NCBI RefSeq assembly: GCF_021028975.2
Contig: NC_059430.1
Location: 35,216,001 to 35,280,000 of the forward strand
Direction: 5' to 3'
Source of the DNA: Sphaerodactylus townsendi
Lineage: Eukaryota
DNA length: 64,000 bases
The position numbers were made by a program, and so were the translations under genes. The notes beneath the pieces were generated by a model. The model ran no database searches, was not told the DNA's origin, and was given only the letters and a program-made list of their open reading frames with translations. The first letter of the stretch is position 1. Each line of letters opens with the position of its first letter. Shown here piece by piece: positions 39,151 to 52,544 of this stretch.

Positions 39151-42033
39151 AGGCATCATCAAGCAGGAGGACTGCTATGCCACTTCAAGCCTGTCATGGG
39201 ACTGATTTCACTATGCAAGGCATACTGAGTAGGCTCATACACAGAGCTTCTCAAATAAAGACCCTAGACACCAACTAGGAAGGAGCTTCCTGGGTTCTCA
39301 TGCAGTGTAGCAAGGAGATGATCAGAAAAGGAGGAGGAGGAGGCCAAGGGTGAGAGTTAACTCCCCCTCCCCTCCATGTTGTTTGAAACTGAAGAACTGA
39401 AGGGTGCACCAGGAAAAAATAAAAGGATAGTGAATGGGGTAGTCAAGATTCCCTTTTCAAAAACACCAGTTTTGAGATCAGAACATTGTAGATGAGTACA
39501 AATCATTTGAAGGGCAAAAAAAATCTAAAGCTGACTGCTAAGAGTTTTTCCGTTTCCCACCCTTTCCATGTTGTGAAGTAAGTCCTATAAACTTCAAGCT
39601 CTTCTTATCTGTTAATTTAGAATGCAGGCAATATCAGCTGATCATTCTGAATCATTGGTACCACAAAGGAATGATCAGAAAGCAAAGGTTCAAATTAGAA
39701 AAAAAACCCACAACCAATTAAGACTTCAGTCCTTAAAAACGCTTACTAGGAAGAAATCCATTGAATAAAGTGGGGTTTACCTTTGAGCAAATTTATTTTT
39801 GGATTAGAGACATAGAAATATAGAGCTTGAAGGAACACCAAGGGGTCATCAAATCCAACTCCCTGCATAATGCATAAAGTATACTTAAAGAAGTGCAGAC
39901 ATTCTGGTGGTGGGCATTCCTTATAGGAAATAATTTTTACACTTTCACATTCTAACAACAAAGCATTTTGGGGTGTAAAAGTAAAGCCTAATTTTAATCC
40001 ATAAATTAGCATACTTCAGCTCTTGGATGTTTGAAATACTACAGGATATAGCACAACGATGTAAAGCTGTCTTTGGCCTATCTACAGTGGTCATCTGGTC
40101 CTGGTGCATTTGAATAGGGAAGAATTCAAATGAAGGAAAATGTGTTGGGGCTGAGAAATGATGACTCATCTTGCAAAACCCACATATCCACTTTTGTTTA
40201 AAAGTGTTCTGAACAAGCAGCAGAAATATCTACAAAACTAAATTGCTTTCACACATTCATTGGCTTGTAGGTGTGACAAGAAAATGATTTTAGCATTTGT
40301 AACAGTGTTTGTCTAGAACATGAGTTAAAATGACTAATGCACCTGAATTCTAAGAGATGAAAGGAGAGCAGTCCTCAGATCATGGAGGAAGGGTAGGGGA
40401 GCCCTAATGAAAAGCATAAGCCCTGTCTCCCGGACTACACCTACTTTCCTCCTCCCACCCTTACAGCCTTCTACAGTTGTTATGGGCCAGGACCCTAGAG
40501 ACCTGTGACTAGTCTTCTACACATAAGCTGTTGTGGGATCCCTTTTATAGCCCTGCCTGCTATCAAACAGCCTAGCAAATACTGATTTTCAGAAAATCTT
40601 CAACCAGTATTGCATACTGAATATCCAAAAGCCCTCATTATTAATTAGTATTTGCTTTCTAAATGAAAAATTATAGACTATAAATTGGTGACAACAGAAG
40701 AAATACTAGAAATTCAGCCTGATTCCCACTATAATATTCACCAGGTAGCTTTTCATAACAATAACACACAATAGCATTTGCCAGCAAGGTATGAACATTC
40801 TTTTCTTGGATAATTCTGCTGTGGATCCCTCTTCCTGTCCTCACACTTCCTTCAAGAACCTCACCCCCAATCTGCTTTGGTGCCTTCTAAACTGAAATGT
40901 GTTTCTTGCTGTCTGTAAGACTGGCTTTGTCTTCTGCACAGTCTGTTTGGCTCATATTTGGAGTTCTGCCTTCTTCCCCCATCACACACCAGCTCTGCTT
41001 GAATGCCCCAGCCAGCTCCATGCAGAAACCTGCCAATCATACTGGACTGGTTTAAGTGTGAGGCCTTCTAGGGTTTCCATGTAATGAAGAAGCCAACCAC
41101 CACCAGCAGCACAGAAATGGAAATGGTTGCCTTCAGCTTCTGAAAAGCTGCTTTGGAAAAGCAGAGAAGCCTGGGTGTCAAGAAAGAGAAGGAAAAAGCT
41201 AGAGGCAGCAGTCTCCCATGTTTGTCTACTTCTCGACCTGCAATGCGGGTGTCAGTTGCCTCCTTCTATGAAGACCAGCAGCAGCGGCCTGTCTCTTTTG
41301 CACAGCTTCCTGACAATCAGTGCCTTGCATTTGCTGGAGGGAACACATCAGTCAAACCAGCAAAGATACCAACTGTGCACATACTTCACTTGATTTCAAC
41401 TCAATTTCTCTTTCAACTCTCACCTCTGCTGGTGAACTTGGCTTAGTAGGCCAGTCTGAGTGATCTTGTTAAACTTACAGCTGCAGGGTAAGATGCCAGT
41501 GTGGCCAAAATGTAAGGTAGTGTGGGAAAGGATTTAGGTATGTGATTTAATGTTTCTATTTGCCCGCTTGTGAGAGGAGACAGTTACAGGCAATTACAGC
41601 CCTTGCCAGCCAATGTTCAGCTGGAAACTGGGCCAAAGGGGGTGAATGCAAATTGGGACCAAAGGGCACAGAGCATGATTGATCATCCTAGGAAGACAAT
41701 ATTTAAAAGACAAACAGGGCTCCAGCTACTTACTGGAAATTCTGCCCATAGAGTTCATGTTGATTCTCAGAGCTACTTGAGGAGATTTTAAACAATTCAC
41801 AGAAACAGCCCTATGGTAATCTTACCATAGAGTAAAAAAAAAAGGGGGTGAGTGCTAAAGCTACCCTTGTAACTTCAGGGTAGCTCTAGGAAGTGCTGGA
41901 AATTATATGGTCGGAACTTTCAAGAAATAGCCGCGGTCTTAATTTTCCTTTTAATTCTTCTTTCAGGACACTGACCTCCCACAACCTTCCTGCTGGTTGC
42001 CAAGCCCTGCCTGGCAACCCTATGTGTGACTCA

Positions 42034-42453
42034 CTTCTTTGCAGCCCTAAGTCTCTGGATCCTGGTACCCCAGTTGATGCTATTTCAGTTCCTAGAGACA
42101 GGACTGTGAGAGAAGAAGAAAGTAGAGATTGGGTCCTTATAAAGTGGGATTGACAGGCATGTGGGTTATCCAGAACGGATAGTGTCACAAACAGGTTGTC
42201 ACAAACAATGACAGGTTTCACTTCTGTGCACAATTCTTCCAGTGACTGTCCTGCTGGTGAGAGCTTTCTAGACCTGATATAACACAGCAAGCTTATCTGA
42301 TACCTTCTTATTGAGAAGCTCTATATAAACAGGTTCTCTTTCATGTGTTTTGCATTGTATTGCTTTTTCAGAGGGCGATTTAGTGCCTACCTTCTTGGGT
42401 GCTATTTGTGTCACTGTTTTTCTTTGAGTGCCTAATGCCTGCCTGTTCCTGCT
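42034..42453 (-). pseudogene. Exon-like block with a frame disruption
   Basis: Acceptor tttctcacttgcag|AGC and donor AA|gtgagt bracket two overlapping ORFs (SRNRQALGTQRK.. / SRKLSPAGQSLEELCTEVKP..). Confidence 0.33.
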
Positions 42454-43037
42454 CTGCAAGTGAGAAATTTAATTGCCTAATAAACAGGGATTCCTCCTAT
42501 CTGTATGACATTTAGCGGGGATAATCCTATTGGCAAGAATACAATCTCTTATAATTTCATCTTGATTGCTTGGAAGAAAAAAAGTTAGATCTGGAAATGT
42601 GTATCCCATGGAAACCGAATGGAAATGAATAAAAAGTAGAATAAAGAATCCAAAAGAAACACAATTATGATTGAATAAACCAAATTGAAATACAAATAAA
42701 ATGTCTATGTGCATCTCCTGTTTGTAGCTCCGACTTGTCCATGGCAAAACACAGATCTGAAAAACAAACTTGTTTTTTCAAGAAGTTGCGAGTACTGTTT
42801 GTCATTACACGAAGATCTGATCAAGCATTATTGTCTTTTACTGACTTCTTTATTTCTTTTTATGACTATTGAGGTGTATGCATGCTGAGAACTTCACCTT
42901 GAACATGTTTACCAGGTGAATACACTTTGAGTTTACCCATGGCACAAGCCTTAGATTGCATCACCTTTTACCCCTGTGTGACACCTGATTTGAACACAGA
43001 ACCAGGCAGCTTTGCAGCTGCACAGTAGCAGTTGTTG

Positions 43038-43347
43038 ATAGAATAGAATAGAATAGAATAGAATAGAATAGAATAGAATAGAATAGAATCTTTATTGGCC
43101 AAGTGTGATTGGACACACAAGGAATTTGTCTCCGGTGCATATGCTCTCAGTGTACATAAAAGAAAATACATTTGTCAAGAATCATAAGGTACAGCACTTA
43201 ATGATTGTCATATAGGTCTAGTAAGCAATCAGGAAACAATCAATAGTAATAAAAACATAAAATGTAAAATCATAAAATAAAATGAAATGTCAGCACAGGC
43301 TATAGTCATACAGTCATAATTGGGAGGAGATGGGTAATAGGAATGAT
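43038..43347 (-). mobile_element. Rex1/Babar-type LINE 3' end with (TTCTA)n tail
   Basis: Minus strand ..gacaaattccttgtgtgtccaatcacacttggccaataaaga followed by ~10 TTCTA units (43038-43088); family assignment from recalled consensus. Confidence 0.75.
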
Positions 43348-43629
43348 TAGGTTTAGTTTCTTTACATCTTGAAACTCCTTTTGCAGCTATGCAGTATGGG
43401 AAAGCAATCCCCCCCCCCAGTGTCATGGTAGGATCAAGCCATTATAGTGCACAAATCACTCTATGTGCTCCCTTTTTGTGCCTACCAAGTAGGAGGCTTC
43501 CTTCAGACTATCTGCTGTTGCCCAGTGCAATTGTCAGGATTTATCACAAGATTGGTTCTGGGCCCCTCTATAAGAAAGAAACCTAAACAACAACAAATCA
43601 GACTGATCAGCAACCACAACTGATACTAT

Positions 43630-45615
43630 GGTTCTTTCTGCATGGGCCAATTAAACTGGGATAACACCGGTAAAAAACCCAAGTTGGAGGGGAATTTTGC
43701 ACAGATTCCAATCCTAACGCAGATCTGCTCTGTAAGGAATTCCGGATCTATTACATGGAATTCCTTACATCTGCTGCTTCTTCAGTTCCCTCTCCAAGGC
43801 GGCCAGCTCTTTCTCCTTGCGTGTCAGCGCATCCTGGTGCGCATGCAAAGCTGCTTTCTCTCGTTCCAATTTGGCCAATTCGTCTCGTTGAACAGCTGCA
43901 GTTAGTTCACTTTGCGTACGTAAGGCCTGAACGCTTTCGCGTTGACGCTGTAAGTCCAGTTTGGAGTGTTCCAGGACTTTATCATGGACTGATAGGTTCT
44001 GCACATATTGCCGTTGCAGCGCGTCTTTAAGCACGGGTCCAATTCGAGTTGGATTTCTTTGCTGCTGCTGTTCCCGGTCTCTTTGCAGGTTTTTTCACGC
44101 TCTTGCTGCAGCTGTTCTCGTTCCCTCTTCCCATAGCTGGCGTTCACGGGCCCATGCTTCTTGGGCATCTCGCAGTCGGCCCACTTCCTCATCCCAGCTC
44201 TCTCTCGATGGGAGAGGGAATAGATCCGGCTGGGAGTGCAGGCTTTCTCCGGACTCCTCTTCATCTGAACACAGGATGGACGCCGTAGCCCACCAGTGAT
44301 GGCTCCACGGGGCATCTCAGCAGGTGCAGCTGCTGGTCCGGGATCTGGGGGTTCCGGGATCGGAAGCTGATACGGATACCCCTCCCAATCCCCGGTATAG
44401 TCCCAGTTTCAACGGTGGTCTTCGGACGGAGCCCCTAAAAGTGCTGTGCCACGGCGATCCCTTGGGGAGGCATCGCCAAAATACGTAGTCCAGGAATCGT
44501 TCAATGGACTCCCTGGGTTGCCGTCGTGAAAGGTAGTCAGGCCGTCTCCTCCGTGGCAGGCTTGCATCTGAGGTTTGTAGGGTCCCATACCTAAAAACGG
44601 GCAGAAATCCGATCCACTGGCGCTTTCGATCCATAGACGAGCGCTAAACGACTTCCATGTAAGTCCTCCATGGTACCGTCTTCTCGATCCCTCGTTCCAA
44701 CGGAGTAAGGGAAGACTTCGCATGCTGATAATGGCGAGGACCGGGAAAAGAGTCACCAGCGAGACCCGCTCTGCCGCCGGTTCCTCCAAATCCCAGAAGG
44801 GAGAGCTTCGGAGCCCTCTTTAGGGGCTACCGAACCTTCCACAGGAATATATCTAACCTCTCCATGCCGAGACACCAGAGGTCCACTGCACTAGGAAGAT
44901 AGATGAACGATAGATTCCTGCCACAATGTAAGGAATTCCATAGAAGCAGAAATAAAAGGCTTTTTGGGTGTAAAAGACCGTTTATTCCAGACTTTATCCT
45001 AGAAGCTCACGTACACGCAGTGGCAGGAATAAGATCTCCCGCCAGAAGCACAGGTTATAACTCTGACCATCCCATCCCCCCTCCCGGATTCCCATGGGAA
45101 CAGAGGTCTCACCTCCCTCGCAGAGATAAGGTCTCCGCCGGAGAAGCTGGCCCATCGCCCGGGCTGTGGAATGTAGTCAAGGCCAGGCGGCTGACCCGCT
45201 CATCAACACCATTGAATCCTTTACACATTCCCCTTCCCAACCCAGGTTTTTCAACAATCGCGTTATGTGAGATTAGTTTGTTTTAACGCTGTTCACAGCT
45301 GCAGCCGAGTGAACAGCCGTGGCTGTGAGCTGCGTTAAAACACGAGAATCGTACGTAACGCGATTCTCGAAAACCCCTTCCCCAGCTCCCAATTGTGGAG
45401 CCAAGCAGGGGAAATGGGCTGTATCATGGCCCAGAGGGTCGGTCCTGCAGGGGGGAAAAAGCAGTCATGGGAGAAAAACAAAAGCATGAAGGCATGCACC
45501 CTGACCAACATGCTGGTTGTTCATGGGACAGCCAGCTGTGCAAAGGGACCGGGGCGAGGGCAGGTTCCTATAACCCACCTTTCCCTTGCTTGTATTGGCC
45601 TATGCAGAAAGGGCC
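43630..45615. mobile_element. Harbinger-type MITE containing a nested LTR-retroelement fragment
   Basis: TIRs ggttctttctgcatgggccaat / attggcctatgcagaaagggcc; TSD TAT/TAT; internal hairpin 45245-45375. Confidence 0.8.
43731..45225 (-). mobile_element. LTR retrotransposon fragment (Gypsy-like): 5' LTR plus frameshifted gag-like 5' region
   Basis: LTR 44927-45225 (minus: tgtaaaggattc...ggaattccttaca, with TATA-like and AATAAA); CpG-rich internal region encodes a coiled coil (DELAKLEREKAALHAHQDALTRKEKELAALERELKK); no pol. Confidence 0.8.
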
Positions 45616-46890
45616 TATGTCAAGCAACTGAAACCCAAACTGTAAGAGACACTTTTTTCCCTCTTGACAAATGTGCATGCCCATGTGCAAAAAGAAATCC
45701 AAAAGCCTTCAAGTGAATGGAATGACCAGCTAAGGTTAGGAAAGGCAACCATGACACTGTTGGAACTGGAATGTATTCAGGCATGCGTAGCAATCAAGGG
45801 TGTGTGTTTATCTGATGCTCCGCAGTCTTGTATTCCATGCTAGGTTTGGGTGATGTTCTTAACAGGGAGTTTTAACCAAAGTCTTATTGACTGAGAATTT
45901 AGGGGGGGGGGGGTTCTTTATGCTGTTTTTGCTTGACTGAGAGGTAGGCTAGAAACATTCTAATAAAACAGAGCAAAAGTCCTTTGATATCACATCTCCA
46001 AGGGTGATTTTCACCAATGACCCTGACAGTGATTTGCAGTTACTGTTGAAGCTCTTGGTCAATTCATACAATTCATTTATTAACATGGCCGGGTTCTCTA
46101 TTAGCATCTATTTTTTCAGTTTTATTTTATTCTGAATCAGCCTTTAAAAAAGCAAGAAAATACAAGCTATCATTCATTTTGGATTGCAAGGGAGGCAAAA
46201 TAAAAAAGTCTGGAAATAGCTTTTATTTGAAATCTGTTCACAGATAGTGGATATTCAATGCTAATTTTAAATCTGGAAATGTGTTTACGTGGTGCTGCTG
46301 CCTGTCATTTAAGATGCTACAGATCTGACAGAAAATCATGATCTGTTTTGGGTTGCGGGTACAGCACAATAGACCCTTCTGCATTTAATCTATTTGTAAA
46401 CTGTTTATTGACAAAAATTAACGACAGGCGCAAAAAACACAGAATATGGTAAGAAAATATATCTATGTGCAGCATGGGCTTTGTTCGTCCCAGCATTTCC
46501 GTGGATCACTGCAGTAAAGTGGCTGAAGTGATGTAAACTGCTGCAAACACTGAAAATTGTGCAGTGAGACCGGTCTGAGGATCGCATGAGATAAATTTTT
46601 GTCACTTTGAGAAACTGTCTGGTGGTAGTATCAAGTGAATGAGAAGGTGAGGGTAAAATTTTGTTTTGAGATTAATGATGTGCAATGAAATTCTTACCAC
46701 ACCTGTCTCTGAACATGAAAAATGTTACCTTTATAGAAAACTGAAGAAGAGATCAATCATTCTCTGGGCTAATTAAATGAACCGGGAGAGAATGTGAGTA
46801 TGGTTTACAGATTCCCGCCCAGAAATCAGGAAGCTCTGATAAGCTTGAATCAACATGGTAAACATTGCTGCTTGTGTTCCCAGGTTTTTA

Positions 46891-47120
46891 AAGAAGAAGA
46901 GTTAATGTTTGTACCTCACTTCCCTCTACTTAGTGGCTTATAGTTGTCTCTCCTCCCCCCACCCCCACCCAACAATGCACCTTGTGAGGTAGATGGGGCT
47001 GAGAGAGTTCGGAGAGAATTGTGACTAGCCAAAGGTCACCCGCCAGGCTTCATGTGGAGAAGCAAGGAATCAACCCTGGTCCTCTAGACAAGAATCAGTG
47101 GCTCTTATCCACTTTCCACA
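46891..47120 (-). mobile_element. Squam3-like SINE
   Basis: Conserved body and GAA tail. Confidence 0.8.
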
Positions 47121-49164
47121 CTTTAAAAGAAGCAGGTTATGTCTTGCCTTAATGTAGCATCTGCTCTTCAAAGTACCACATCTGATTGCCACATTTGAAC
47201 ATATTAAATTCAATAGTCAAACTTGTTCATGGCAAAATTTGCAGCATTTCTAATTATGCATTGTACCTGCTGCTATGCAGAAATGGATGAGAGAGTGAGG
47301 GTCAAACTAGATGCAATAACAGACATTGGCAAGATTGTGTATACCCACAGCAGAGCAAATAGGTCCCTCATGGTCATTTGGGCTCAGGAAAATGGTATGG
47401 AGAGAAGACTGAAGTCCTGTCTCCTCCTTCCATCTGCAGCACAATATTTTTGATCCAAAATTAGTTGGACTGGGGATCCCCAGCATGAGCTAACATCTAG
47501 TTTCAACTAGATCAAGAGGATCACGCCTCATCTCTGCTGTGAAGTGATCTTTGAGAAACTGCCTCTCTTACCTCTGCGGTCTTTTTCCAACTATATATTA
47601 GAGATAAGGCTATAGAGCCACTTTAAAGGATCACAGAGATAAAGTCATTGGAAAGTTTCTGAATATTCTGAAGTGCCGTCTCCTTGATAAACATTATTAT
47701 TATGAGCCAATCACTTCTAGGGCTAAATTCAGCTTTGTATGCACATATCAAATCCATGTTTTAAAATAAATACTGGCAGCATCACCTCTGCCCCTGCCCC
47801 CGCCATAACTTCCGTGACCTCTGTCAGAGTTACAAACTTGAATGACGGTAATTCCTGTAAAGACAAAAATCATAGAGGAATTTTGTAATGTGGTAGAGAT
47901 GAAATATCCTCTTAACTCTTATTAGAAAGCCTTAATCTTAAATTTACTTGACATTTTACGTCTGGAAATTAGCCATGGTATTTAAATGAAGTGGAACCAA
48001 AAAAGATTTCGGAGACGCCTGAAATATCTCCAGAAAACTAAAGCGTAATCTCTAGAGATTAAGATAGCAATAGTGACCAAACCTCTGGAAGAAATGTTCA
48101 AAGTAAATTGCTAATCTGTTCCTATTTAGAATATTAGTTTCCTACGAAGTTTAATGGAGAGAAAAAAATGCAATAATTATTTAAATTGAGGTAACTGGGC
48201 CAGAATAAGAGCTGGCAGGAACATGCTATTGCTAACTCCCGTCATAATGTTATATTACATTTTGTTTACTCACGCTTGTTTCTGTTGTTTTGTTTGTAAC
48301 CACCAGGACTAATAATTTCCCTGCAACAATTCTCTGGACAGTTAATGAATATAATTTATCAAAAATTGTTGGTATATGCAACTGTCAGCTCTTCAGTCAT
48401 GATACTGTTAAAGAAGCTGTTTGTGAGTGAACAGGTAGCTAAATTAACATAGCCAAAAGGGCACTGAATAGTTAGTTGCCTGCATTAAAAGGAGATCTAC
48501 TGATTTTCATTGGTTATTCAATATATAGCCATTTAGGATGTGCAGCAAGTCACCTGGACAACCTCAGAGGAAGTTGTAAACATAACTTCTTCTCTTTGTG
48601 CTTTCTAGGTACACTTTTCGCAATGTAGAAGCAACATATACACATCATCTTAGAGAGGATTGTTTATTGTTTTTCTTTCCAGGTACCCTTCCCTCTCTAT
48701 TTTTCTTAATAAACTTAATTATAAGCTAATCAAAAGTGTCTGGTTATTTACTCTGCTAAACTATATTTTTACCCAACAAAATTGCATAGGTCATGTCTGC
48801 CTGGCTACCTCATTTAATCAGTGAATTGTTAGCTTGAAGGAAGCAGACCAGCAGAAAGTGCTGGCAGATGAACCAGCTGACTTGAGGTATCTAGGAAGCA
48901 AATCAGCACTAATTCATGGTTGTTCCATATTTTACTTTAGTTATCTCAGATATATCTATATCTGTCTAAAATTCTCTTCACAACAGATGTGCAGATACTG
49001 TTTTTCATTCTATGTGCCACAGACCAGTTCTCTCACTATCACAATGATATACTTCATGGGGGGTTCATTCAGCTGTTGGGGAAGATTTTTTAAAAATGTA
49101 TTTTATTTGTAATTGTCCTTTCTGTCTGAGAATCAGGACACATTGGGTGTGTGAAGTGTCATAA

Positions 49165-49875
49165 AATAGCACCTGACTTATGACCCCAGCAAGAGGCTTT
49201 CAAGACAAGTGATTAAGCAGAGGTGGTTTGTCATTGACTTCCTCTGCTTGGACCTTTCCGCACAGGCGTTTAATGGCGCCCTGGGGACGGCAAAAACGCT
49301 GTCCCCAGGGAGCCATTCACACAGGGGGTGCAGCCCGCCCTCGCGTCGCCCGACCGGCGCGAAGCCGGCATTTCCCAACCTCGCTTGGGGAGGAAATGTT
49401 TGGAAATGCCGGCTTGGAGCCCAGCTGCCCGTTCCCGTCTTGGCGAACGACAGCTGGCCAGGCACCCTCCCCACTCCCGCACTCCCCCCTGTCGCTTACC
49501 TGGCCCCTGGCCCTCCCAGCTGGCGTTGCGTAGGCCTGGGGACACGCCCCCCCCTGCCCTGCGACATCTCGAAGCAGGCCCGCGAGGAGCCAGGGGGCAG
49601 TGTCTCCAGGCCTCGGGCGATGTGTAACGAGGAGAGCCAGGGATCGACGCCGGTCGGCTTTCGAAGTACGCATGGTGCTCCGCGGCGCCGTCGTCCCAGC
49701 CGGTTCTGGGACCGTCCATGCGGACGGTCCCAGCGTCGTCCGGTCGGCGTAGATTACGCCGACCCAACCCCTTTCGCCTCCATGAGGAAGGGGTCCTTGT
49801 CTTCATTGGTGGTCTCCCTTCCAAGTACTGATGCTGCTTAGCTTTTGAGATATGATGAGATTGGACTATTCCATG
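49165..49875 (-). mobile_element. 5S-Sauria-like SINE split by Harbinger element B
   Basis: Tail half 49165-49249 (gaggtggtttgtcattgacttcctctgc); 5S half 49796-49875 (ggtggtctcccttccaagtact..ctgcttagcttttgagat). Confidence 0.75.
49250..49795. mobile_element. CpG-rich Harbinger-type non-autonomous element B
   Basis: Imperfect TIRs ggacctttccgca / tgaggaaggggtc; TSD CTT/CTT; homologous (reversed) to 33935-34420. Confidence 0.88.
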
Positions 49876-50449
49876 CTGCTTTCCCTCCCCAAGGCACATT
49901 GTGTGTGTATGTGCTGTCAAGTCACAGCTGATTTATGGCAATCCTTTAAGGTTTTCAAGGCAAAACACATTACACAATGTAAAACAATACAGTCAAGTAA
50001 CTTCCAATAAGCAATGCAATAGGATTATAATTACAAAAATTGGAAAACATGATTACAAACAGAAAAAAACCCATTAGACATAATATACATCATAAACAAT
50101 GCAGGAAAAGAATGATCAAAGTAGAACACAATGCAGTAAGAGAAAGATAATACATAAGCAGTGGAATAAACTATAACTGTCTGATTATGCACAAGGTGTC
50201 TGCTGTGTAGTGGTGGTGAATGTTCATTGTGGCAATATTTCTTGTATGGACATATCTCTCCCCTCACCCCCCCCCTTCCATGTTGGCAGCTGTTTCAAGA
50301 CACAGAAAAGAAGCTCATTCACACGGGCTTAGCAAAAAGATACGGATCTCTACATTCTCCTATTGGTATGAGATATCGATATAATACTAACAGACAGCGC
50401 TTGAAAATAACAAGCCTTTCTCTCCTCCCGCAGGGGCAGCAACAGCAGG

Positions 50450-50451
<2 letters not shown>

Positions 50452-50507
<56 letters not shown>
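50452..50507. repeat. (GT)n microsatellite
   Basis: About 28 units. Confidence 0.99.
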
Positions 50508-50510
<3 letters not shown>

Positions 50511-51068
50511 GGGGAAACAATATATGCTTTGGCTCATTCTGCACAGCATATTTATAACGAGTTACAATCATTATAAATGAATTTGTTTTCCATTTATCAA
50601 AGGGAAAATGAGTTCATTTATAATGGTTGCAACTTGTTACAAATGAGCCTCTAAGACATGGTCCCCTTTTTAAGCAGCGTGTGGTCAAGGGAATTGCTTT
50701 GCATGTTTCATTTTGGGAGGGGATATTTTTGGAAAGGGATAGCATATGGATATAATTACATTGACAGCAATATCAATATAAGTACAATTTAAAAGGCTAA
50801 GCCAACAATCTTGACTACATGGTATAATGAGATCTGTGCCTTTAGGAATTAGTTGATGGGCAGAGTTAAGAGAACCAGGCCCAGGAGAGTTCTCTGCAGA
50901 AAAATTGCATGGCTAGGAGTGAATGCCTCCTTGCATGTAAACAGAGAAATGCCAGGAGGTCCCACTATAAGCCCACTGCATAGTGAAGAATGCCAAGGAA
51001 AGCATTCAATACATAAACAGCCTATATTTCCTTCATAAAGGTGCCCACCTGAACCACTTCACACATCC

Positions 51069-51204
51069 ATGTGCCTTTTCCCCCATTTTTTTTTGTTTTC
51101 AATGATGTATCTTCAAAGCTGTGAAGACACAATATGAGAATTGTAGTCAAAGCTTCAAAGATACATTATTGAAAACAAAACATTTTTGGAAAAAATGACA
51201 CATG
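51069..51204. repeat. Imperfect AT-rich inverted repeat
   Basis: ttttgttttcaatgatgtatctt..aagct / agctt..aagatacattattgaaaacaaaa. Confidence 0.75.
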
Positions 51205-52544
51205 CACATAATCGCAGGGAAAACTAAGTTTATTCATGTACTTTACATGCTGGAATACCAGCCGGCTTCAAGGCAAGCACCAGAAACAGCCCTGGGGGAC
51301 CTTTCAGAAATTGGTGGGTGGTTCGGAGGTTCTCTGAAGCAGTAGAAAATGGAAGGGAAAAGGTCCGTTTTCACTGGTAGTGCTTCCCCCCCCCCATGTT
51401 ATCCTAACAAAAAAAAGTGAAAAAAGTTTTTTTAATGTCTGCAAGACGTTTTGTTTGTGCTGTGAAGTGTTCAGAAGAAACTGTTAATCCTCCAGTGAAC
51501 TTCCAAATGAGCCTCTGATGGGAAAAAGTACAGAAAATGGTACTTTGAATGGTCATAGGATGGAGTAAAAGGAGTTTTACTCCAAGAGTCTTGAAAACTA
51601 AAAACATTTCTACTTGGGAAATTATGCTTCTAAACTGGTGCTTCCATAAGATGATAGAGATATCCTCTGTTGGAAATCACTGGCCTAGAACATGAAGATT
51701 TCATGTTTGGATTGTAATTGTGAATAGTTATTGACTTACCTATTCTCTGAATTTGTCAGATCCTTTTCAGTAACACCTGGTGTGCAGGCAATTCAATCCA
51801 TGGCAATTACATGTGGCATAAAGAAGTTCTTCCTTTACTTTGCCTGGAACTGCCCACCAATCTGTGTCACTGGAACACAGTTCTGTAGTTCAGAGATGGA
51901 GAAAACAATTTCTCTGTGTGTACTAGCTCTCAGGAAAATTTACCTGAGAATATTTCTCCCATAACATTTGCTTCAGATTAATGCATACATTATTAGAAAT
52001 GTTTCCATCCATCATTATGGCATTGACTTTGCAGAAGGGGTGTCTGAAACCAACCTGGAAAAGACTATGGAAGCTGCAAGTTTAGTGCCAAATACTTGGA
52101 CCTAGTAGTTATAAGAATTTCAATGACCACTGAGTTCCTGGCATATTTCTATTATGTGTGGACATCAGTATTATCCCATATTAAAACCCATGCACAAATG
52201 CCTTCTTAAATCATTCTCATCACCAAAACTTTTTACTAGTTGTACTTTTCCCTTTCCATCACCCATAGATTTGCATGAGTGTTGCCAAGACAACTGGCTC
52301 CAAGGATCTGAAAACTATACCAGTATATTTTTTAATCTTCCCTATAAGATTTCAAACATAGTTTTTCTCCTCTCCCAAAAAAGAGATGTGATCTAATGCA
52401 GGTTTTTTAATGATGTTCCAAGTCATGCACAGTTTCCCACATACAGTTAGGGGTGACATACCAAAATATATAAAGAAAAGGTGCATTTGTGAAAATGTTG
52501 CTTTCATTCCCTCGATCTCTGTGCTTCTGGATTTGTTCTGAAAT

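Noticed and set aside
43765-44034. Coiled-coil ORF as a host gene (myosin/trichohyalin-like)
   Set aside because: Directly downstream of an LTR, frameshifted and without splice signals; better explained as retroelement gag-region sequence.
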